Assembly (NCBI GenBank): GCA_963717525.1
Contig: OY970343.1
Span: 608,001 to 672,000 of the forward strand
Reading direction: 5' to 3'
From: an uncultured Methanoregulaceae archaeon
GTDB lineage: Archaea; Halobacteriota; Methanomicrobia; Methanomicrobiales; Methanospirillaceae
Length of the DNA: 64,000 bases
Shown here in pieces: positions 11,975-23,076 of this stretch. Below the pieces are notes generated by a model, which saw nothing but the letters and a program-made list of their open reading frames with translations, made no database searches and was not told the origin of the DNA. Both the position numbers and the translations under genes were made by a program. The stretch's first letter is position 1, and each line of letters opens with the position of its first letter.

Positions 11975-13144
11975 TCAGGTATACATCCGGGTATCGGTGG
12001 TCGATTCGGCCCTGACCTTGTGCACGGCATCCACAAAGTCCTTCATCTCCACCGAATTGGCATCCCTGCGCACCGCCATCATGCCGGCTTCGCGGCAGAT
12101 TGCCTGAATCTCAGCTCCCGTCGCCCCTTCCGTCGTGGAAGCGATGGTCTCAAGGTTGATATCGGAGAGGTGCATCTTTTTGGTGTGGATTTTGAGGATC
12201 TCAAGCCGGGCTGTCCGGTCGGGCAGCGGGATCTTGATCAACCGGTCGAACCGGCCGGGCCGCAGGAGGGCGGGATCGAGCATGTCCACCCGGTTTGTCG
12301 CCGCCATGATCCGGATATCGCCCCGGTTGTCAAAGCCGTCCATCTCCGCAAGGAGCTGCATGAGCGTCCGCTGCACCTCTGCGCTGCCGCTTGTCCCGTC
12401 GTTTGTCCTCATGCTCCCGACCGCGTCGATCTCGTCGATAAAGACAATTGCCGGTGCCCGTTCGCGGGCAAGCGTGAAGAGCTCGCGGACAAGCCCCGCC
12501 CCTTCACCGATGAACTTGTGCACGAGCTCGCTCCCGGACATGCGGATGAACGTGGCCTTCGCCTCGTGGGCGACCGCCTTTGCGATCAGGGTTTTCCCGG
12601 TTCCCGGTGAACCGTAGAGCAGGATGCCCTTGGGCGGTTCGACCCCGATCCGCCGGAATATCTCGGGTTTTGTGAGCGGGTATTCCACGGCCTCCCGCAC
12701 CTCCTTGATCTCATCGGTCAGCCCGCCGATCTGGGCATAGGAGATCTCCGGTGACTCCTCCAGTTCCATCACCCGGACCCGGGAATCGTATACGTTCCCG
12801 ATCACCTTGACAATGGAGAGCGCGTTGTTGACTGCCACCTTGGTCCCGGGTTTTAAGAGCGGCCGGAGTTCATCGGATGCATGGGTCAGGTACTCCTGGT
12901 TGTTTCCCTGCTGGCGGAGATAGATCTCGTTGTTCTCCAGAATATCGATGATCACCGCAACAAAAAGCGGCATGCGCTTGAGCTGGTTGTTCTCCCGTTT
13001 CAGCTGCGCATTTTCCTTCTGGAGATCTTCGGCCCTGACCTTCTGTTCAAGGAGCGCCGCCTCGAGCTCATTGACCTGGATCTGGTATTTGAGTTCGTTC
13101 TGGGGCGATACGTTGTCGACCGAGGTCTCTTCCATATTACTCAT
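11975..13144 (-). CDS. pan: proteasome-activating nucleotidase (paralog 2)
   Basis: GSPGTGKT Walker A, IVFIDEID Walker B, RPGRFDR; C-terminal MYT (HbYX). Confidence 0.93.
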   Translation of the reverse strand: MSNMEETSVDNVSPQNELKYQIQVNELEAALLEQKVRAEDLQKENAQLKRENNQLKRMPLFVAVIIDILENNEIYLRQQGNNQEYLTHASDELRPLLKPGTKVAVNNALSIVKVIGNVYDSRVRVMELEESPEISYAQIGGLTDEIKEVREAVEYPLTKPEIFRRIGVEPPKGILLYGSPGTGKTLIAKAVAHEAKATFIRMSGSELVHKFIGEGAGLVRELFTLARERAPAIVFIDEIDAVGSMRTNDGTSGSAEVQRTLMQLLAEMDGFDNRGDIRIMAATNRVDMLDPALLRPGRFDRLIKIPLPDRTARLEILKIHTKKMHLSDINLETIASTTEGATGAEIQAICREAGMMAVRRDANSVEMKDFVDAVHKVRAESTTDTRMYT

Positions 13145-13173
13145 ATATCTTTATCTTCAACCATTTATGTGGT

Positions 13174-13588
13174 GTGATTTTGATAATCGTCGGACGCAGC
13201 ATTTCCCGGGGCCGGGGCGCGGGCAGGCTGCTCGTAAGCCCAGAACCGATATCGTTCCTCTCGGGGGTTGATCCCGAAACCGGGATTGTCATGGAGAAGG
13301 GCCACCCGCTCGAAGGAACTTCAGTAGCAGGAACTGTTCTCGCGTTTCCCTACGGTAAGGGATCGACCGTGGGCTCGTACGTGATCTACGCCCTTTCGCG
13401 GAACGGCCATGCCCCGGCTGCCATCGTGAATACCGAGGCAGAGCCCATAATCGCCACCGGGGCGATCATCGGTAATATCCCGATGATCGACCGCCTGTCT
13501 GTCCCGATTGACCGGTTGAAGACCGGCACGCAGGTAAGCGTCGATGGAGACAAAGGGACGATGGAGTACCGAAGGGACGCCTGCGTAG
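13174..13588 (+). CDS. DUF126 / aconitase X swivel domain (phosphomevalonate dehydratase small subunit-like)
   Basis: ISFLSGVDP and GKGSTVGSY motifs; removing the extra C at 13570 gives ...MEYEGTPA* ending at 13588. Confidence 0.8.
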
Positions 13589-13620
13589 TCAGGAACTTAC
13601 GAAGCAGGCGATGCACTTTT

Positions 13621-15216
13621 TCACTGCCCGTTGCCGATACTGGGTGTGATCACTTCCACATTCAGGTGCTTCCCAAAGACCTTCTCAAACGCCCGCTGCT
13701 CAGCCTCTGCGCCCCAGATCTCCAGCTGGCAGTCGTTCTCTGCGATGATATCGAGGATGACCTCGGTCTTCTCCACCCGGGCGAATTCCGCGTGCTGCAC
13801 GAACCCTGCATGGCTCCTGTCGAGGCTCTCGGAAAGACGGATAAACATGGCAAGGACGAGCACCATCTGCTGCTCATGCGAGGGAACGTCGGGGAGGTCG
13901 AGATGTTTCTTCCGCGGTTTCTTCTTCCGGTGGAACCGGGCGATATTGGCCATGATGTCGATCTCTTTCTGGTCAAACCCGAGCAGTTCGGAATTCTTTA
14001 TGATATAGTAAGAGTGGGCATGGTGGTTGGTAAAGGAGATGAACGACCCGATGTCGTGGAGGAACGCGGCATATTCGAGAAGCTCGCGCTCCCAGTCGCC
14101 ATAATCATGCAACCGGATCTCCTTTGCCGAATCAAAGATCTCAAGTGCAAGCCGGGTCACGTTCCGGGCATGCGCCTCGTTGATCCCGCAGGACCTGCCC
14201 AGCTGGAGCACACTTCTCTCCCGGGGGGAGAGTGTTCCGAAGAGAGGGAAGTCTTCCATGCGCGAGAGGTAGTCCATCAGCATACCGTCCTGGAGCCCGC
14301 GGCTGGTGGTGGTTATTGATTCGAGCGAAAGTTCCTTCATGAAGGTATCGAGGATCACCGCCCCCGCGATGATAATATCGGCCCGTTCGGCATTGATCCC
14401 GGGTACTTTCCGGCGCTCTTCGAGCGGGAGCGCACAGAGCAGGTCGATGGCTTTTTTGAGGTCGCGGTACGTGAGCACACCGACAGGAACGCCCTCTTCG
14501 GGATGGAGTGCCTTTGCAGCAATGTCAGCAAGGTTCATGATGCTGCCGGAACTTCCTACCGCCAGATCGATCTTCTGTTTTTTAATCTTCTGGATCGTGT
14601 GGATGATGGCATTTTTCACGTACTGCTGGACGATCTTGTACTGGTCCGGGCGAACGGGTCCTGCGGGATTCTCGGAGAAGAACAGGTTGGTGAGCCTGAT
14701 TGCACCAAGCCTGAAACTTTCGAGCATTGCAAACTGCTGCTGGCCGCCGAGTGAGATCTCGGTGCTCCCGCCGCCGATATCGATAAAAAATGCCTGACGC
14801 TCGCTGAGGTGCAGTCCGCTTGCAACCCCGAGATAGATCAGCCGTGCCTCCTCAAGCCCGGAGATCACCCGTACATCAATCTGCGCGTCGTGCCGGAGCC
14901 GGGTAAGCAGGACATCCTGGTTGGTGGCCTCGCGGGCAGCGGAAGTGGCCACTGCGACAAACTCCTCAGCGTTAAATGTCCGGGCAAGATCGACAAATTT
15001 CCGGCAGACAACACAGGTGCGGTCGATAGCTTCTGGAGTGATTTCTTCGTCGTCGAACTCACCCTCTCCGAGGCGTACCTGCTGTTTCTGCCGGGTGAGG
15101 ATACTGTAGGAGTGGTTGGGGTTGAACCGGACCACAAGCATCCGGACCGAGTTTGTCCCGATATCGATAAAGGCAACAATGCGCCCGGCAGCCCCGATCT
15201 TCTTTTTGGACTTCAT
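13621..15216 (-). CDS. ppx: Ppx/GppA exopolyphosphatase with C-terminal HD domain
   Basis: IDIGTNS, ATSAAREA, DIGGGSTE and LHDIG motifs. Confidence 0.93.
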   Translation of the reverse strand: MKSKKKIGAAGRIVAFIDIGTNSVRMLVVRFNPNHSYSILTRQKQQVRLGEGEFDDEEITPEAIDRTCVVCRKFVDLARTFNAEEFVAVATSAAREATNQDVLLTRLRHDAQIDVRVISGLEEARLIYLGVASGLHLSERQAFFIDIGGGSTEISLGGQQQFAMLESFRLGAIRLTNLFFSENPAGPVRPDQYKIVQQYVKNAIIHTIQKIKKQKIDLAVGSSGSIMNLADIAAKALHPEEGVPVGVLTYRDLKKAIDLLCALPLEERRKVPGINAERADIIIAGAVILDTFMKELSLESITTTSRGLQDGMLMDYLSRMEDFPLFGTLSPRERSVLQLGRSCGINEAHARNVTRLALEIFDSAKEIRLHDYGDWERELLEYAAFLHDIGSFISFTNHHAHSYYIIKNSELLGFDQKEIDIMANIARFHRKKKPRKKHLDLPDVPSHEQQMVLVLAMFIRLSESLDRSHAGFVQHAEFARVEKTEVILDIIAENDCQLEIWGAEAEQRAFEKVFGKHLNVEVITPSIGNGQ

Positions 15217-16827
15217 GTGATCACCAGCGGTTTTCCAAATACTTCAGCGAAGAGATCGCTCTTTCTTGTAGCCCGGGCCTTCTCGGTCGCTGCGTCCCCG
15301 GCGCAGGTAAGTGTGCAGAGGACGTCGGCTGCGCGGACTGTGCAGGAAAGACCGGTCACGTTTGCGGCATGGAGGTAATCAAGCCCGTCAGCCACCCGGA
15401 GGAGTGCGGCGAGCGCGCGCACCCGCTTCTTATCGGCCGGCACAAGAATGGTAAAGAACCCGTCCGGGCGCGCCTGCATCTTCCCCCCATGGAGCCCGGC
15501 AACGAGAGCGACAATCCCCTGCTCCCGGACCGGTACCGGAAGGCCGGGTGAGGCGAGGATCATCTCCGCGCTCTTTTTCTGGTGGCCGGCCTGCCCGTGG
15601 AGCCAGCCGATGTCGTGCACGGTCGCGGCATAAGAGAGGAGGGTGCGGTCGCGGCGGGAAAGGCCGTGAAGAGGTGCCAGTTGGTCGAAAAGCCGGAGCG
15701 CAAGCGCCATAACTGTACGGCTGTGGGCCAGGTGATCCGGTGCCACGGCAGCGAGCCGGAGAAACGCCTCACGCTCCTCTTTTGCCGGAAGAGAGCGGCG
15801 GCTGGAGAAGGCTGAACGCTGCCCGGTGAGCGCTGCTGATGACAGGATCTTCCAGAAACCGGTCCGTACAAGACCATCCCAGGTCCCGGACAAACTGCCG
15901 GTACAGCCGGGCCCGGCGTTTCTCGCGGTTGACCAGCAGCCTCCGGAACGGAGCCACAGCAGATACGGATGGCCCGCCCTCACCCGCATCGGGGTGGCGC
16001 CGGGACCGCTGCCTGACGATCGCAAGCGACATCTGTTCGATCCAGACGTCGCAGTCATGGATGTCGCCTAGGAGATCCTGGAGCCTCTTTATCCGCGCGA
16101 TGGGTCTGGCGAGACTGCGCCGGTAGAGCGGGGCATAGGCTTCGAGCGTGTACCGCAGTTTCTTTGCAGCGATCCGGAGCGCGTGGTGCTCGAAAACCGC
16201 ATCAGGGTTGTGTACGAAGGGTTCATACTGGTGAATGGCTTGCAGGCGCCTGCCGACCCGGCCGGCAGCGACCGGGAGGACCCCGGCATATCGTTCCCTT
16301 TTCTTTCTCTTTCCAATTTCAGTGGGCGGGGCACATGCAGCCCGGAGCGATGGGAGAACCTGTGAGTGCTCCAGCTCGTCCAGCACTGCGATCACCTTTT
16401 TCTGGAGGATCCCGCGCTGCTTCTGGAGCCGGGCCAGGAGGGTACCAAGGGGGTCACCGGAATGCGAGGTATCTTCAGGGTTTTTTACGGGGACATTCTG
16501 GGGTATCGGGGCTGCCTGTGATTTGAGGTATTTTTTCAAAAACGCGATCTGGACATCCGTGTCCCGTGCAGCCCCGAGTGCGCGGGTGATCTTCTTTATC
16601 TCGCGCAGCCAGAGCCGGTACTCCTTTTCCGGGAAGCACTCAGCAAAAAGGGGGAGCGCGGCACGGAGCCGGCGGGAAGCCACCCGCATGCGGTGGACAT
16701 GCTCGATATCATCGTCCTCCCGTACCCCGGCAATCTCTGCCGAGAGTACGTCGATAAGCGGCAGCAGCCTGCCTGTCCCGAAGATGCAGGGCCCGGGCAC
16801 GGCCGCTGCCGGTTCAGGGCCCGGCAT
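15213..16827 (-). CDS. CHAD domain protein fused to a Ppx-like HD domain, frameshift near 15886
   Basis: HRMRVASRRLR, ARDTDV, HALRIAAKKLRY and LQDLLGDIHD CHAD motifs, then HS..V/VHDIG/LRVADGLD in the next frame. Confidence 0.82.
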
Positions 16828-18915
16828 GGTACCAGATCCCCTTGTGGTCGAGGAACCAGGACTGGGAGTTGACCGGCGATTCGCCCAGGGCGGGGTGTTT
16901 CCGCTCGTATGTCCCATCGCCTTTCATCAGCCGGAGCTGCTGGTTGTCCCTGAGTTCGGTATCGAGAATAATGGAGAGCAACGCTTTCTTGATCGCTGGG
17001 TCGGTGACCGGGAAGAGCACCTCCACGCGCCGGTCGAGGTTACGGGGCATGAGATCAGCGCTCCCGAGCAGCACGTCATCCTCTCCGTTGTTCCGGAAGT
17101 AGTAGATCCGTGCGTGCTCCAGAAAGCGTCCGACAATTGCGCTGACCGTGATGTTCTCGCTTGCGCCCGGGATGCCCGGCCGCAGGCAGCAGATGCCCCG
17201 GACCTGGAGATCCACTTTAACCCCTGCCTGAGATGCACGGTACAGCGCGGTAATGCACTCGTAGTCCACGAGCGCATTCATCTTGAAGATGAGGTGGCCG
17301 CCGCCATGCTCCCGGTGGTTTGCGATCTCCCGGTCAATGCGGGAGATGATCGTAGATCGCAGCGTCACCGGCGCTACGGCAAGTTTCCGGTACTGATCGA
17401 AACGGGCGTAGCCGGTCAGGAAGTTAAAGAGGTTTGCCACATCGTCCCCGATATCCCGGTCGCAGGTGAACATCCCGAAATCTGTGTAGATCCGGCTCGT
17501 GGTCGCGTTGTAGTTGCCGGTGCCGAGGTGCATGTACCGGCGGATACCCCCTTTTCGCGCCGGACAACCATACAGAGTTTCGCGTGCACCTTGAGGCCGA
17601 CGACCCCGTAGACGACATGGACGCCGGCACGTTCCAGTGCCCGGGCCCAGCCAATGTTGTTCTCCTCATCAAACCGGGCCTTGAGCTCGATCAAGGCGGC
17701 CACCGCTTTCCCATTCTCCCTGGCCTCCATGAGCGCCTTTACGATGGGCGAGTTGGAGCCAACCCGGTACAGGGTGATCTTGATCGCAAGAACGCCAGGG
17801 TCATGGGCCGCCTGCCGGATAAAATTGATCACCGGCGAGAAGCTGTCGTAGGGATGGAAGAGGAGGATGTCCTTTCGCTGTATCGCGGAGAAAATGTCTT
17901 TTTCCTCGGCAAGCTCCGGCGGTACCGATGGTTGGAACGGGATGTCTTTCAAGTCGGGACGGTCGAGGGAGAGGAGCTCCATGAGATCGGCCATACCCAC
18001 CGGGTGGCCGATCCTGTACAGCATGTGGGAGCTGGTGCCAAGTTTGCGTTCGAGCATATGGCAGGTGCTCTCATGCATCGAACAGTCTACCTCGATCCTC
18101 ACCGGGTACCCCGGGCCCGCTGCTCCATGATCTCTTCGACAGTGGTCAGGAGATCGGATGCCTCATCGACTTCAATGTCGAGGTCTGCATCACGGGTGAT
18201 CCGGAAGGGGGAGGCGCCGACCACTTCGAGGCCGGGGAAGAGCAGGTCGAGATGTGCGGCGACGAGATCTTCGAGGTAAACGAGATGTACCTGCTTATCG
18301 TCGCGCCGGCCGGGAGGTTGTGTGTCCGGAATCCGGATAAGCCGGGGAAAGAGACCGGTAGGCACCTTGATCCGGGCAAAGAGTTCCTTTCCTTTCGGAT
18401 CGCGGATGGTGATCGCAAGGTTAAGCGAGAGGTTGGAGATAAAGGGAAACGGGTGGGCGGAGTCAAAGGCAAGCGGGGTGAGTACGGGAAACACTTCCTC
18501 GACAAAGAACGTGCGCAGGGCTCTCTTCTGCTCTTCATCCAGCTCACCATATTCATGAATGAAAATACCGGCTGCGGCAACCCGGGGAAGGATCTCGTTG
18601 CTCCAGCATTCAAACGAGAGATCAAGTTCAGGAAGAAGCGCCTTTTCTATCGCAATGATCTGCTCGGATGCCGTCATCCCGTCAGGAGGCGCCTTGAGCA
18701 CACCCTTTGCGGCCTGCCGCTGGAGACCGGAGACCCGGATCATGAAGAATTCGTCAAGGTTGTTGGCAAATATGGAGAGGAACTTCACCCGTTCGAGGAG
18801 CGGGTGTCGTTCGTCCCGTGCCTCTTCCAGCACATGGTGATTGAACCGTATCCAGTCTCAGTTCGCGGTTGATGTAAAGCGAGGGGGAATCGAGCGTTGG
18901 TATGTCATCGGTCAT
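16814..18915 (-). CDS. ppk1: polyphosphate kinase 1, three frameshifts (about 18856, 18107, 17549)
   Basis: YINREL, NLDEFFMIRV, HPFPFISN, HPYDSF, ELKARFDEENN, GTGNYN and GSADLMPRNL across four frames. Confidence 0.92.
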
Positions 18916-19085
18916 AAGATCACCGGCAGGTCGCACAGAGCATCGTTTCCGCATATGGTAGTACTCTGATGATAGGCATGCCGGGCTTATCAATCCTGCA
19001 CCCGGCAGGAGACCTATTGAGGGCACCAGAGAGTACGGTCAGGAGGTCGGTGAGGGATCATACGGGCCCCGTGATCGGGCACATA

Positions 19086-19243
19086 GCGATGGGGGCTGTC
19101 GCCCCCAAAACCCCCGTTTCGATACATGCCGCCGCCCCCGAAGGGGCGCCCCCGCGGCGGATCAGTAACCAAAGACCGTTAAAACTCCCTTGCCCCGCCG
19201 TGCCCCGGAGGGGCCCTGAGGCGGGAAGCCATCGTTCATTTTT
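19086..19243. repeat. dispersed GC-rich double-hairpin intergenic repeat, copy 1
   Basis: CCGCCGCCCCCGAAGGGGCGCCCCCGCGGCGG ... GCCCCGCCGTGCCCCGGAGGGGCCCTGAGGCGGG; similar to the copies at 20518 and 49945. Confidence 0.85.
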
Positions 19244-19390
19244 GATTGGTTTTATCGTGGTACGATCGGTGTTATCTTCGATTTGTTTTTAAAATGAAGT
19301 GAAGTCCGATATTATCAGAAAGAGTTTCGTCCTATTTCAATAACATCCCCATTCCAAGCCTTCATGCTGCACAAACGGCCATGTATACCC

Positions 19391-20047
19391 ATGACCGATG
19401 CCACGTACGGCGCAAAGCTCCAGCGCGACGGGAAGTCCTACGCGATCCAGACCCGGATCCCGGCAGGTGTCGTCACGCCGCACGAGCTGGAGACCATTGC
19501 ACGGGTTGCAAAAAAGTACACCATTTCCCTTGTCAAGATCACCTCCGGCCAGCGGTTCCTACTGGTCGGCGTGCAGGAGAAGGATATTGCGGGTGTGAGA
19601 AAGGAGCTGGGACCGCTGGGGACCGCATCCATCACGCCCAGCGTCCGGTATGTCCAGTCCTGTCCGGGTATTTGGTACTGCAAGAACGGCACGCAGGATT
19701 CCATCACCCTCGCAAAAACGATCTCGGATGAGTACGCCGGGCAGGATTTCCCGGCCAAGATCAAGATCGGTGTCTCGGGCTGCCCGCGGTGCTGCAGGGA
19801 GAGCCGGGTCCGTGATGTCGGTATCATGGGAACCACTAAGGGCTGGACCGTAACCTTTGGCGGGCACAGTGGTTTTAAGTCCCGGCAGGGTGAGCAGGTT
19901 GCCACCGGCCTGACATCAGAAGAGGCAATGAAGTGTGTCCGCTCACTGCTTACTCATTATAAGGCTCATGCAGAACCCAAGGAGCGTTCCTCCCGGTTCA
20001 TCGAAAGGGTGGGGACGGAGTGGATCGGGGAGATGAAGAAGGAATAA
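19391..20047 (+). CDS. stand-alone nitrite/sulfite reductase 4Fe-4S/siroheme half-domain protein
   Basis: LQRDG...RIPAG, KITSGQR, CPGIWYC and KIGVSGCPRCC motifs. Confidence 0.85.
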   Translation: MTDATYGAKLQRDGKSYAIQTRIPAGVVTPHELETIARVAKKYTISLVKITSGQRFLLVGVQEKDIAGVRKELGPLGTASITPSVRYVQSCPGIWYCKNGTQDSITLAKTISDEYAGQDFPAKIKIGVSGCPRCCRESRVRDVGIMGTTKGWTVTFGGHSGFKSRQGEQVATGLTSEEAMKCVRSLLTHYKAHAEPKERSSRFIERVGTEWIGEMKKE

Positions 20048-20517
20048 TAGGATCAAAAGGAGCGTATCGTCGCAAAACAGGGGCATCTCTTCACCCGGGG
20101 GGCCCTCTTGTTGTTTTGGAATGGCTCCGGTAGCGGATCTCAGGCATTTCCGGAAAAAACGATGCCGCTTTCCCTGCCCGGGAACCCCTTTTATTTTCGG
20201 GCCATAGTCGCGTTTCCAGCCCGCACGGCATCTCGCGTGACCAGTTTATCATCCCCTTTTTCGCGATGAAAGGAACGCGGCTAAATTGCACGGTTTTTTC
20301 CTGATTTAAATGGTTATTTTACGAAAATATCGATTTATACCAAGAATTTTGTCGGGCGTTGGCACCATTTCCACTGGAGCACTCCGGGAGAGGATCCATC
20401 ATAATAATCTCTCCGTCGGAGAAAGGATCCGGTGAGACATCAGGTCCGGATCCATCCCTCCTAAGGGTCCTGCCCGGGTTTGATATCCATTTAGGCAATT
20501 CCCTTCTGGTGATCAGG

Positions 20518-20706
20518 ATGATGAGAGCTGAAGCCCCCATACCCCCTTAGCGATGCACGCCGCCGCCCCTAAGGGACGCCCCCGCGGCGGATCAGAAAGA
20601 TGGATCAATCTGCACGTGAGTGACCCGCAAAATCAGGTGCAAGAAGTCCCTCGCCCCGCCGTACCCCGGAGGGGCCATGTGGCGGGGAGTCCTCGTTCAT
20701 ATTTTT
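20518..20706. repeat. dispersed GC-rich double-hairpin intergenic repeat, copy 2
   Basis: CCGCCGCCCCTAAGGGACGCCCCCGCGGCGG ... GCCCCGCCGTACCCCGGAGGGGCCATGTGGCGGGG. Confidence 0.85.
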
Positions 20707-20764
20707 CAAACGTTTTTTTCTTTCCGGTCCTGCCGGTTAATTGAGAATCAGAACCGACTTTCCT

Positions 20765-21443
20765 TCACCCGTTAAAATTATGGTACTTATAGCAATTATC
20801 GATAAACTCCTGCTTCCGGTGCTCGCTTGCATTCACCGGCGGTTTCAGGTACCCGACTTGTGGGGTCTGCTTCGCCGGGCAGAACGGGCAGAGAGCGGCA
20901 TCCACATCATTGGCCTTTTCACGGACCGGGCAGTAATACACACCGTCAATCACCTCGACCCGATCGCCTCCGGGAAAACGCATCCCCACCGGGTGGCCCG
21001 GCTCCTGCCGGACAATCATGCAGAACCCGACAAGCAGGAATTTCAGGAAACGGAGCCTGATGTCCCCCGTACCGGCCCTGCACTGCTCACCCACCATCTT
21101 CCAGTACCTCCCTCTCCGGATCAGTCAATGGTTCTTTTATCCGCGCAAATGCGCCCTGCTGGTCCATGAGCCGGATGTTCTGGAATGTCCCGAGCAGGTG
21201 GCCGGTGACTGCCGCTTCGAGTTCCTCACGATACTTGGGGGAGACATCCCGGATCGTGTTCCCGAAGTTCTGCATCATTTGCCGGATATCGCGGGAGGAG
21301 TACAGCAGCACAATCCTCGCAAGGGCACTGCCGAGTTCACCCCGGGTCCGGAGCGCAATAAGCCGTGCACAGTCTTTCTGTATGGCAGCGGCGACTCGCT
21401 CTGGTGACCCACTTTCCACGCTATACAGCGTATCTTCGTTCAT
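20765..21443 (-). CDS. DUF2115 (UPF0305) family methanogen protein, frameshift near 21105
   Basis: PGHPVGMRFPGG...YYCPVRE...CPFCPAKQ motif. Confidence 0.8.
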
Positions 21444-21585
21444 GGCTCTCTCTGCTCTCAATTTACTATCCCGTACTTTATCCGGCCGGGGCATGTAAGA
21501 TTTATGGTGAATAGTGCGACCCTGCAGCCTGCCGAACGTTTTAATAGTCTGCTTTCCTAGTTCTGTAGCATGGTGTCTGCCATGA

Positions 21586-23076
21586 GTGAGTGTTTTATTC
21601 GCCAGTAAACTGCGCTTTTTTGATACCACGTTACGGGACGGGGAACAGACCCCGGGTGTATCGTTAAACCCGGACCAGAAGTTAGAAATTGCGACCAGGC
21701 TTGCAGCCATAGGTGTCGATGTTGTCGAGGCCGGTTCTGCTGCGACATCAGCCGGCGAGCAGGACGCGATCCGGCTCATCTCGGATGCCGGGCTCCCGAT
21801 CGAGACCTGCACCTTTGTCCGGGCCATGAAATCTGACATCGATTATGCCGCGGACAACGGCGCCGACTCAGTTCACCTCGTGATCCCGGTCAGCGATCTG
21901 CACATCGAGAAAAAGATGCGCAAGACCCGTGGGCAGGTGGCTGAGATGGCGTGGAACTCGGTTGAATACGCGAAGAGCCGGGGACTGATCGTGGAACTGT
22001 CGGGAGAGGATGCATCGCGGGCTGACCAGGGTTTTCTTAAGGAGATTTTCTCCGGTGGCGTTGATCGCGGGGCCGACCGGCTCTGCTTCTGCGATACAGT
22101 GGGCTTTCTGACCCCGGAGAAGATCGCAGTGTTCATCCCCCCGCTTGCCGGGATCGCGCCGCTTTCGATCCACTGCCACGACGATCTTGGTTTTGCGCTC
22201 GCAAACACAGTCTCGGCCTTAAAGGCTGGTGCAACCTGCGCCCATGTGACCGTGAACGGCCTTGGCGAGAGGGCGGGGAACACGCCCTTTGAGGAGCTTG
22301 TGATGTCGCTTGAGGTGCTCTACGGGTACCCCACCGGGATAAAAAAGGAGGAGATCTATGCCCTCTCGACGCTGGTCTCACGCCTCACGGGCGTCCCGTT
22401 ACCGGTCAACAAGGCGATCGTCGGGGAGATGGCGTTCACCCACGAGAGCGGCATCCATGCCCATGGCGTGATCCGCGAGCCGGCGACCTACGAGTCTGTC
22501 CGGCCCGAGCAGATCGGGAGAAAACGGCGGATCGTGCTCGGGAAGCACTCCGGTTCTGCATCGGTAGAGGCTGCGCTCCACGAGATGAAGTATATGCCCA
22601 ACGAACAGCAGCTCAAGGCCATCGTCACGCGGATCAAAGATCTCGGCGATTCCGGCAAACGGGTCAGCGACTCAGATCTGATGGCCGTTGCTGACACGGT
22701 GCTTGCAATGGAGTGCAAACCCACCATCAAACTGCGGCAGTTCACCGTTGTTTCGGGAAGCAGCATGATCCCCACGGCGTCGGTCACCCTTGAGGTGAAA
22801 GGAAAGGAGATGACCGGCGCGGCAACCGGTGACGGGCCGGTGGATGCCGCGATGCAGGTACTTGCACAATCGGTTGCCGATGTCGGGGATATCAGGCTCG
22901 AAGAATACCACGTGGACGCGATCAGCGGCGGGACGGACGCGCTGGTTGAAGTGACCGTAAGGTTAAGTAAAGACGGGAAGATAATTACTTCCCGGGGCGC
23001 ACGCACTGACATTATCATGGCGAGCGTCGAGGCGATGATCGCCGGAATGAACAGACTACTCGAGGAACGAACATGA
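21586..23076 (+). CDS. cimA: (R)-citramalate synthase (LeuA/CimA family)
   Basis: [28 protein letters not shown] and GERAGN motifs resemble archaeal CimA; precedes ilvB. LeuA cannot be fully excluded. Confidence 0.75.
   Translation: MSVLFASKLRFFDTTLRDGEQTPGVSLNPDQKLEIATRLAAIGVDVVEAGSAATSAGEQDAIRLISDAGLPIETCTFVRAMKSDIDYAADNGADSVHLVIPVSDLHIEKKMRKTRGQVAEMAWNSVEYAKSRGLIVELSGEDASRADQGFLKEIFSGGVDRGADRLCFCDTVGFLTPEKIAVFIPPLAGIAPLSIHCHDDLGFALANTVSALKAGATCAHVTVNGLGERAGNTPFEELVMSLEVLYGYPTGIKKEEIYALSTLVSRLTGVPLPVNKAIVGEMAFTHESGIHAHGVIREPATYESVRPEQIGRKRRIVLGKHSGSASVEAALHEMKYMPNEQQLKAIVTRIKDLGDSGKRVSDSDLMAVADTVLAMECKPTIKLRQFTVVSGSSMIPTASVTLEVKGKEMTGAATGDGPVDAAMQVLAQSVADVGDIRLEEYHVDAISGGTDALVEVTVRLSKDGKIITSRGARTDIIMASVEAMIAGMNRLLEERT

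Noticed and set aside
13174..14319. 381-aa ORF suggesting a long DUF126 fusion
   Set aside because: Read-through antisense to ppx caused by an extra C after GTAC at 13570; the corrected gene stops at 13588.
16235..17611. 458-aa plus-strand ORF
   Set aside because: Antisense shadow of ppk1 and the CHAD gene.
19086..20706. CRISPR array or hammerhead ribozyme reading of the GC-rich repeats
   Set aside because: The copies are long and dispersed, with no regular spacers and no cas genes; no conserved CUGANGA/GAAA core is present across the copies on either strand.
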